Below the pieces are notes generated by a model. It saw nothing but the letters and a program-made list of their open reading frames with translations. It did not search any database and was not told the origin of the DNA. A program made the translations under genes and the position numbers. From contig JBAYFY010000001.1 of the NCBI GenBank assembly GCA_041666945.1, forward strand, positions 55,813-119,812: 64,000 nucleotides of DNA, read 5' to 3'. The stretch's first letter is position 1. Every line of letters begins with the position of its first letter. This DNA comes from Candidatus Buchananbacteria bacterium. GTDB lineage: Bacteria > Patescibacteriota > Patescibacteriia > 2-01-FULL-39-33. Shown piece by piece: positions 8,517 through 18,500 of this stretch.

Positions 8517-9584
8517 ATGGAAGGTAGTGAACAATTCCAGCCGGTTAATGAAGATAACCAACCCGATTATTTGAAGAATTTAGAAGTCAGCGGCAATAGA
8601 ACGGCAGATAAAAATTCGGGTGTCGGGCGATCATTTACGGGCCAGGAAAAAATGCATGTAGTTTTAATCGCGATAATCGGGGTGCTATCCCTTGGTTTTG
8701 GTTTTTGGCAGTTTTTTTTCGCCAGTCAAAACCCCTTTCAGGATATCGTTAAAGCCGGTGAAAAATCCCGCGCCGAAAGATTGGCTTTACAGCAGGCGCA
8801 AATTAAGGACATGATGACTCGCGATACTGATACCGACGGCCTGGCGGATAATCTGGAATTAAGCATTTACCATACCAGCCCTTATCTGAAAGACAGCGAT
8901 TCTGACGGCATGGATGATAAAATGGAAATAGACAGAGGCACCGATCCCAATTGTCCGCAAGGCCAGAAGTGTACGGGCTTGCCCACTATGGACTCAACTG
9001 CCAGCCCCCTGACCGGCAGTGCATTGTCCTCCGGTTCGGCCACTTCCACCGGATCGTCTGCAACCGCCATTCAGCAAACAACCAGCAATTATTCGGCTTT
9101 GACCCCGTCGGTCATCAGGCAAATGTTGCAAAACAGCGGTATAAGCGACGAGGACTTAGCCGATACTACCGATGAAGAATTGGTGCAGATTTTTGCCCAG
9201 TATTTACAAAATAATCCGACCATGGCGCAGCAGTTGCAGCAATACGGCTTAATTGATCCCACGGTTTTTTCTTCTTACGCGCTGGGCGGAAATTCGGTCA
9301 TTGCCGATAATTCGGCTGACTTGACTGATCAAAACGGTTCAACTTCAGAAACGATCAGTACCGCCGCAAGTGGCTGGGCCAATGTTAATTTGGAGTCATT
9401 CGGCGTTACCACTATGGCTGATTTCAAAAAGTTATCCGGCGCGCAAATTAGGCAGATCTTGATCAAATCCGGCGGCGATGCCGCCATATTAAACGCTGTC
9501 GGTGACGCCGAATTAAGACAGATATTCATCAGTCAATTAGAAAAACGCGTTGTTTCTTCAACAGCCACCAGCACTAGTCAATAA
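8517..9584 (+). CDS. Bitopic membrane protein with thrombospondin-type-3-like Asp-rich Ca-binding repeats
   Basis: TM at aa ~47-70. DTDTDGLADNLE and DSDSDGMDDKMEIDRGTDPNCPQG fit D-x-D-x-D-G-x-x-D. Two C-terminal EL(V/R)QIF helical repeats. Confidence 0.7.
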   Translation: MEGSEQFQPVNEDNQPDYLKNLEVSGNRTADKNSGVGRSFTGQEKMHVVLIAIIGVLSLGFGFWQFFFASQNPFQDIVKAGEKSRAERLALQQAQIKDMMTRDTDTDGLADNLELSIYHTSPYLKDSDSDGMDDKMEIDRGTDPNCPQGQKCTGLPTMDSTASPLTGSALSSGSATSTGSSATAIQQTTSNYSALTPSVIRQMLQNSGISDEDLADTTDEELVQIFAQYLQNNPTMAQQLQQYGLIDPTVFSSYALGGNSVIADNSADLTDQNGSTSETISTAASGWANVNLESFGVTTMADFKKLSGAQIRQILIKSGGDAAILNAVGDAELRQIFISQLEKRVVSSTATSTSQ

Positions 9585-9589
9585 AAATC

Positions 9590-12500
9590 ATGAGAGTAAA
9601 TAATCATAAATTTTGGTTAAGACATTTCAGCGCCCTGGCTTTAATGCTGGGATTGTTTGTTGTCGGCCAGAAAATCGTTTTGGCGCAATCGGGGGTGATT
9701 TATGAAATAGACGAAACGGTAGTTCAGGCGCAAGCGGCAAAATTTTGCGCGTCAGCCGGATCGGTCGGCGCAGTCGGAGGAGAAGAGGGGCTGGATTGTA
9801 CCAACGAAATATTCGCCAAAACCCAGGCAAAGTTAGCTGAATGCGCCGCGATGTACGCCGCCGCTCAATCCTCTGCCGCCGTTTGCACCGGTCCTCAATC
9901 GCTTACTTGTTTGGCTGAAGTGCAAGTAAAAATCGCCGAATATCATGAGGCCTGCGATTCCTACAGCAAATATTACGTGGAAGGCCAACAGATGGCCGCG
10001 GATTTGGCTAAGGAGGAAAGAGACATAAAAAGCAAAAAAAGAAGAATTCAATTTTTAAACGCCTTAAGCACCTCGGCCTCCAAGGCCTTGGATACTTTGC
10101 TAAGAAGCGTTACGCGCGAAGCCACCAAGATCGCTTTCACCGCGCTTAAGGGTCAGAAGCCGGCTTACATTACGGAAGGTTGGAATGCTTATCTGATTAA
10201 CGCCGCCGATTCGGCTTTAGGCGATTTTGTTGATAACTTCAGTCAGCATTACGGCATGGATATTTGCCAGCCCGATTTGTCGGTGCAGTTATTGATTAAT
10301 GTGCAACTTAGCCAAACCACTCCTCGCGTCAGGTGTACCTTTTCCGAAATTATGAGCAATTGGCAGGAAGCCGTAACCAATCCTGTTTTTCCTTTGGAAT
10401 ACACGCTGGCTTTGCGGCCGGGAGAAAATGATATTACCGCTTCATTGTTAGCTTTGGATTTGCGCGACATGGCGGTCAATCAGCAAGTTACGGCTAAAAC
10501 CTATGAAGCCAGCACCAATCAGGGCTGGTTAAGCAAGGTTACGCTTAATGGCAAGATTTTGACTCCCGGAACGTTACTGCACGACATGATGACCGATGCC
10601 ATGCTGAAGAAGGGCAATTCGCAATATTCCATTACTTGGACGGAAACGGCGATGGCCGTGCCATTTGAATTTATGGACACGGTCGTGGCCGAGTCGTTGG
10701 GATTATTGAAAGAGGGCTTGTTCTCTTTGGAACAATCAGCTTATGGCAATAATTCTTCCAGTGGCGGTAGCAGTAATTTAGCCAGCCAGGGCGCTAACAT
10801 TCTTTCCGGCGCTTTAACCGCTTTATTCAATCCCTCGGCCAGTCCGATAATCACCGAAGGCACTAAAGGCGCAGAGGCCAGAATTAATAATGCCATCTCC
10901 GGCAGCCAGGGTCAGCAAGGAGGGAAAATTGATTTGATAGTTAAGCTTTCCTCTTGCGATGATTCGGCCAAAACCAATCCCGGACCCATGGATTGCGTTA
11001 TGGATGATGCTTTGGCGCAGGCAGTCAAGAGTAAGACCTACGTAATTGATTTGCCTGATCAGATTAAAAATCGCGTTTTTTCTCCTCGATCCGAGCAATC
11101 CAATTCTTTGCAGACAGCCATTCCTTATCGTTCCATTTTGATTTTGCGCCAATATCGCATCGTGCCCGTGGGTTGGGAAGAGGCCGCCGATGTTATCAGG
11201 AACTCCAACAGCAATCGCGAGTACACTTTAGGTGAGTTGATTAATTGCTATGAGGGCATAGGCAAAAACGGTTGCACCACCAACAATTTTAAAGGCATGG
11301 TTGATCCTTACTGGACGCTTAAGGCGTATGAAACCAGCTGCCGCCGCCAGGGTTATGGCGCTCTTAATTTGAATAAAGATGATCAAAGCGGCACTATCGG
11401 ACGTTTGGAATACTGCTCCGATGAACAGCAATGTCTGCAGGAAGACGAAAACGGCGCCTGTTTGGCTTATGGCTATTGCAGTGAAGAGCGCCGTATCTGG
11501 GATTTGGGCAAGACCTGCCCGGCTCGGGCCAATTCTTGCCAGACCTATACTTCGCGCGCCGGTAACGCCGCTTCTTATTTAACCAATACTTTGGATTTTA
11601 GAAATTGCAATGCGCAAGTCGCCGGTTGTCGCTGGTATGCCGTTGATTATAATCCGTCCAGCCAAACTTGGACTAATTTGGGCGGCGGCACGCAGTTTAC
11701 CTCGCCCGAGGTCATCAATCAGGTTATCACTTTCAGCAGAAGCAACAGGGATTGGTGGGTTCAGGCCGGGCATCAAGTCAGCGCCAACTCCCGTTTGCGT
11801 TTGGCCTCGCCCTGCTCTTCGGAGATGTGCAAGTTGGATGCCACCGGTAAAGGTTGCGTTTTCCATCAGACCACCGGCGGAAATTATTGCAGTTTCCAAT
11901 ATTCAGAAGCCGCTGGCGCAACCGGTTACATCCCTCAAGATCCTTCTTGCAATGTCCCGGACAATGGCGTGTCTTGCCAGTTACGCTTGTGCAATGATCC
12001 CAAATTGTTTGCCAATGTTTATGCTGCCGAGATAGAAAATACGCCCAACCTCGGCTTAGAAAGGGCGCTTAACGGCCAGGAAACATGGAAAGCCGCTTCC
12101 TGGACTTTGGCGTTTATTGATAACGGCAATCGCCATTTGCGCGTTACTGCTGACAAACATAGCGGCAACGCTTCGCTTCTCATCAAAACGCTGTACGCGC
12201 CGGCCGATCTTATAAGTTATGAGCCGGCTATACCGGTGGAAAAGAATACCAATTATAATGTCAGATTCTACTATAAAGGATCAATTAACGGCAGTATTAA
12301 TGTGGAAGTTAGGGCCGGTGATGGAGACGGTCTGTCTTTTGGCCAAAACAGTGATCTCTGGCCGTCTTTATTAAACAATTTACAATTAACTGATGGCTCA
12401 ACGGGTTGGCGCGAGGTAAACTTCAATTTTAATTCTGGCGATAACGAACAAGTCGTTCTGGTAGCGCGTAACTCCGCCGGTGTTTACGCTGATTTGTATT

Positions 12501-15500
12501 TGGATGACTTTGAGTTTTATCCCATTAGCACCGCTTGCGGCGCCGGCGCCGTCTCGGTTTTTGTTTCTTCACGCGAAGGCGCGACTGAAATGTATTTTGA
12601 TCGTGATGCCAAAACTTGTTCGGCGGCAAGCGACGGTTGCAGCCAATTTATCCGCACTAAGTCCAACTTAGGCGGCAATATTGTCATTAACGGCGGCTTT
12701 GACGGCGCATTATATGATTGGAGCAATTTAAGTTTGGCGGAAAATACCAAAGCAAAAATCACCCACATTAACAGTTTGGACAGCGCCAGTTCCAATAAAT
12801 CAGTTCAGGTTACCCCCGGCCAATATTATTTTTTGGCTTTTGACGGGTATCAAGCTTCCGCGGGTCAAACAGCGGAAGTTGATGCTTTCTTAAGATTCAA
12901 ATCCAAAGCCAATGCTGTTTTGCAGGTTGCCACTTCTTCGGCCACTTGCGAGTGGGCTCAAGAAAAAGACGGCAGCGTTCCCCAGACCCTGGCCTTGAGG
13001 TTCACTCCCGGTTCTTATGCCACCTCCAGTCGCTTCTTTTGCAAATTCAAAGCGCCGGATAATGCCGTTAAAATGGAATTATGGCTGTCCAGCGGAATTA
13101 GCGGCCAGGAAGCGGTTATTGACAATGTTAAAATTGAAGCGATTTCTTTTAATGCCACTTATCCCAGCAATTACAGCGATTACAATCCGGCAACTCGGCC
13201 GACCGAACAAATATCCTATCTTAAGAAAGCCCCAGCTTACTACAATTGCTATGATGCTTATCCGGAAATCATCGGTTGGCAATGGCCGCAAAATCAACAA
13301 GAATTAACCGGTGTTTTAAAAAATAAAAACGCTAATTGTTCCAATTACTCCGGTGTCTGCACGCCGCAAGAAGTCGGCTGTGAATTATACCGGCCGCTTA
13401 ACGGCGATCCGTCCATCCCGGGTGTGGCGCAGGATTTTGACGCTTGTCCCAAGGAATGCGCCGGCTACCAATTATACAATCAGGAAGAAACCAACTTCAT
13501 TAATCAAACCTTCAAGCAATTTATCGCCGATAAGAAACTTAAAACCTGTTCGGCCAGTTATGCCGGTTGCGATGAGTTCACCAATCTGGATGCTGCCGGC
13601 CAGGGTGGAGAACAAAAAGAATATTATAGCCAGATTCGGGCCTGCCAAAAACCAGCCATTGATGACGGCGCCTATTATACTTGGGAGGGTTCGGATATCA
13701 CCGGTTATCAGCTGGTCGCTTTCAGTTTGAAAAAATCGCAGATTGCCAGCGATCCGGAAATCACCGGCGCCGGCAAAGGTAGCGCTCCTTGCACTAACTT
13801 GGCTCACAATGTTTCCGGTAACGCCATTTGCAGCGATCCGACAGATGCCCGAGGCCCGGGGAATGATCGTTATGATTTTGGCGTCTGCGTCAAAGATGAT
13901 ATGGTTAGCAACCCGGATTGTCGTGAATTGTACGATGTGGACGGCAATATTCATTATCGTTTATTGTCTCGCACTGTCTCCGTTTCCGATAATTGCCATC
14001 CGTACCGCCGCACCATGACCGAGACCTCGCTAACTGAAGCCCAAACCAATTGCACCAGCCATAGCGGTTGGTGGAATGGGAACAATGAATGTATTTACAT
14101 GACCATCCCCGGCCAAGGCAAGACCTGTCCGGCCACGGCTCAAGGATGCCGCGCCTATACCGGCAATCGGGGCAATAATGTTAAGAATGCCATTAACGTG
14201 ATTAATTTCACCGCCAGCAGTACCGCTTTGGATTTGTGGGAAGACGAGAACGGCGGTAAAAACGGCTTGTTCATTTCTTCCGAATCAACTTTCCCCGGCG
14301 GCAATTCCCTGTCTAATAAAGCCGACAATTCCACTATAAACTATCCGATAACCATTGCCAAAAATAAGGCCTACACTTTATCGTTCTGGGCCAAAGGCAA
14401 TGCCGCTTATTATTTTGACAATATCAGATTTGCTGAAAAGAGTGGCGCTAATTGGGATGATAATTCCGCCGCTAACGGTGATAATTATTTTTCCGCCAGC
14501 CGCTTAGTCGGAGAAAATCTGATTAACCCGCGGACGCAATTGACGGCGGAATGGAAGCGTTATGAACTGGGGCCGTTGTTTGTAACTTGGGAGCCCGGCG
14601 ATGGCAATTATTTGGAATTTTCCATGCCGAACGGCCAGATTGTTTATCTGGATAATGTCATCTTAAAAGAAATCACCAATCAAGTTTACGCCATAGAAAA
14701 TTCCTGGTTCACGCCCGTTTCCTGCGATAACAAATTGGATGATCCGGAGGGCAGCCGGGCCAAAGCCGAAAATGCCTGCCAGGACGCCAAATCGGGCCGT
14801 TGCTCGGTTGGCGAGATGCTGGGTTGCGCCGGCTACCTGGATCGCAGTAACAAAACGTCCTATTTAAGATCGTTTGCTTCTTTGTGCCGGCCGGAAGCCG
14901 CCGGTTGCGAGGCCTTGATTGACACGTTCAATTCCAGCGCGCCCCAAGCCCAATCGTTTAACGGGACCAATGGCGCCAATCATGACGATGTCACCGTTGC
15001 CGCCGATACTTTGGTTTATTTGGTTAATGATGACAAATACGCTTGCGCCAAAGGAGATAAGGGTTGCACTCGCTATGGCTTGCCCCTCATAGACAAGTGG
15101 GATGAGATTACCGGCTACCGCGACGTTTATCTTGAGAATGACCCGGATCGTTACTCTACCGATTTGTGCGCCGCGGAAAATCTTTGGTGCGAGGAATGGA
15201 CCGGCAATAATACTCTGATTTACTTTAAAGATCCGCACGGCAAAGTTTGTCAATTCGCTTCCGCCGATAACACCAACAGCTGGGATAAATGGGTCAAGTC
15301 CGATACCGCCGAAACCTGCCCCACCACCTATCAACAAACGCTGGGCTTAAGCTATAAGGCGGCGACAGACAAGTTGCAACCGCTCGGCCCGATTAATTCG
15401 GTGACTTTGCAAGAACCGGCTGATCCGGCTTATAGCGGCTGGGTGGGATCGTGTTCAGCCGAACAATCCGGCTGCAGCGAGTATATTGATCCGTTGGACA

Positions 15501-18500
15501 ATTTGGCGTCCAATCTTATACCGCAACGTTGCGAAGGCAAAAATATTTGCGCGGATGTGTCCATTAAGAAAAACATCCTGTATGTTTTGTCCGATAATAT
15601 CCAAGCGGGAAGCGTAATCTGCAGCGATGTTGATAATTTGAGTAATAATTTTTCCGATGATCTCGGTCATTACCTTTATTTGGCCACGGATAATCTCAAG
15701 TCATTGACTTGCCGTGTAACTTTCCAGACCAAAGACGGCTCGCCGATAGATTTAATCAAAGACAAGATCGGATTGGGCAGCGTTTCTTATGTTTTAAATT
15801 CAAAAGTTACCGGCGGAGATTGCAACGGCCAGGTGGATTACCACAAAGGTTGCATCCTGTTTAATGACCGCAGTCAGTTGGATTACGGCAATTTGATCAA
15901 TAGCGCCACCACCTCCTTGGTTTTCTCCAGCCGTTTGACTCGGGATAATAATTATCCGCAGGGGATTAACGGCCTGGCTCAACCAGTATCGCCAATAGCG
16001 ACGGCCGCCGCCGGGAAACCTAAAGATGCCAATATTATTTTAAAATCTCAGCCCAATCGCGCTTGCGCCAGTTGGCTGACTTGCTCTACTTTTGAAAAGA
16101 AAAAGGAGGGCCAGTCATCGGCTTTGGCCCCGTATTTTTTCAGCGATCAAGATTCTTGTTTGGAAGTCGGCGCTTGCAATTCTTTGGGAGACAACGGCAT
16201 TTGTAATAATTATCTGACTAATGAGGCCGTAAGCAGCGATACTTATTCTCCTTCGTCAGATGCCAATAAATCCGGCTTTTCACGCGTCGGTTATTATTCT
16301 TTTGACGCCATGACGCAGGTCGGCCAATCGTCCAACATAGTTAATGGCAATTTTGAAGAGACCTTTGGCGCCACCACTCAGCCGTTAGGCTGGAAGCTGT
16401 CCACTTATTATTGCGCCAGCAATTCCAATTGCGCCAGCGGCAATCCCGATATTGTTTACAGAAATTGGCAAGCCAGCTACGTTACCGTCGGCCGCGATGG
16501 CACCAAAGCCAAGGATGGCGTGGGATATTTGAAAGTCAATTCCGGCTGGGGGGTTATTTCCGAATCGGTTGATATATTGCCTAAGCAGGAATATTTCTTA
16601 TCCGCCTGGGTTCATACCAAGGATTTGCAAGGACCGGGCGCCGGCGGTCGCTTGCCTTACGCGGAATTGCGTTTGCGTTTCCTTAATTCCAAAGGCCAGC
16701 CACGGCCCGGCTTGGCTACCGTTGACGGCGGTACTTATGAGGGTGATTGGGTTAAGGGTGGAATTATGCAAATACCCACGGGTTTGCCTTGGCAGCAAGT
16801 AGTTGTGCATTTTACCACCGGTGACAATGTTTCTGGCGTGCAATTCGCTTTGTTTAATATGAATCCGGATGGCGAAAAAGGCATAGACAACAGCAAGCTC
16901 GGCGGTTATACCATTTGGGATAATGTTAATCTTAAGCCGTTGCTTAAATCCAATAACGCAGGTTATATTGATCGCACTTGTCGCGTTTACCCCAGTATGA
17001 ACGCCCCGGCTTGCAAATATAATAATGGCAATAATTATTTTTACGGCCAATACGGTTATTGTCTGACGCCGGATCCTGCCAATAGCCAGCAGTGTTTGCA
17101 ATGGTGGCCGGTTGATTCTATTCGCGGCGAGACCTTAAGCGATTTTTCCAGTTATTACAGCGAGCGTTATCCTTTGTATTATTGTTTGGAAAAGAAAACT
17201 ATTACTTTGGACGTGTCTCAATACACTGGCAATTTCGGTTTGTTCGGCGAGGGCGTTAATGAGTCCGGAATGGAATCGTTAAAGTTTGACCAAAGCGCTA
17301 AACAGACCAAAGCCACTTCATTCAATATCAGTCCGACTTGGTCGCCGCTTTTCCGTTATCCTTTCATTTACAAATTCCAATTTGACGGTTTGTTTATCGC
17401 TATCGGCGATACGGCCAGCCATACTTTGTTCGGCGGCGCTCTGTCAGTCGGCATGTGGAAAAATTTGGTTTGCGCCAAGCCGCTGGGCATCATTCCTTTG
17501 CCGGTTTGTTATGTGCCGATCGGCAATAATCTGATTACTTCATCGGATGAAGCGGGGGCCATAACTACTCCGGCTCAAGAGGAAATCCAGGCCTGGATTC
17601 AAAACAACCCCAGTAATCGGGTGTGTGAATTTTCCGTTTTGGCCACCCTGCAGGATTCTGATGCCAATAGTCCGGTCGGTTGCGAATGCGATTCAACAGC
17701 AGAGAAAAACAAGGGCGCAAAATTGAATGATGAAATCAGCGATAGCATCTGCCAAAGCAAAAACAATTGCGGCGCCGGCTCGCCGAACTATAATTGCATT
17801 ACCGCTGATTTGGCCAAGGATTATACTCAACCCATCAGTGATTACACTTATCTTTGCGAAACTACGGCCGAGCCCTGTTCTTGCGCCGCTCCTGACGCCG
17901 AAGGAAAATGCGAAGATTCAGTTCATTGCTCCAATTCGGGCACTAATAAATGCGCCAAAGTGTTTATTGATAGCGGCGCTTCCGCCGGAGCGGCCGGAGT
18001 CGCGCAAACGATTTCCCAGCAAAACCAATCATTAAATGACGCTTATCAGAATTGTTCCGACGAAAATCCCTGCGAAGGTTACGATTCAGGCAGCGGTTTC
18101 TGGTCCAAACTTTGGAGCGGCATTAAACAATTTTTCGGTTCTATTTTCAGCACCTTGGGTAATTTATTGGATATAGTTTTTGCTCCCAATTCGCTTAATT
18201 TGGCCGCTGAAGATTCTTGGGGCGGTTGGGGAGCGGTAGCCATCGCCGGTTACGGCCAATTATTAAGTTTCGTACCGGTTAATATCGTTTTGCATGTGGA
18301 GTTGCCTTGGCATACTGCCAAGAAGTTTGACACTTCCGGAGGGGTTTTGGGCAACTTGGCCGGCATGATTATTCAGCAGGCAGGCGTGGATTTAGGGGTT
18401 TCCACTTTCGGTTTAAGGATTATTACGGATGAGGATTCGGAATTTGGTAAAAATTTAACCGATCCCAATCCCACAGTAACCGGAGACGTTCTGGGGTTTG

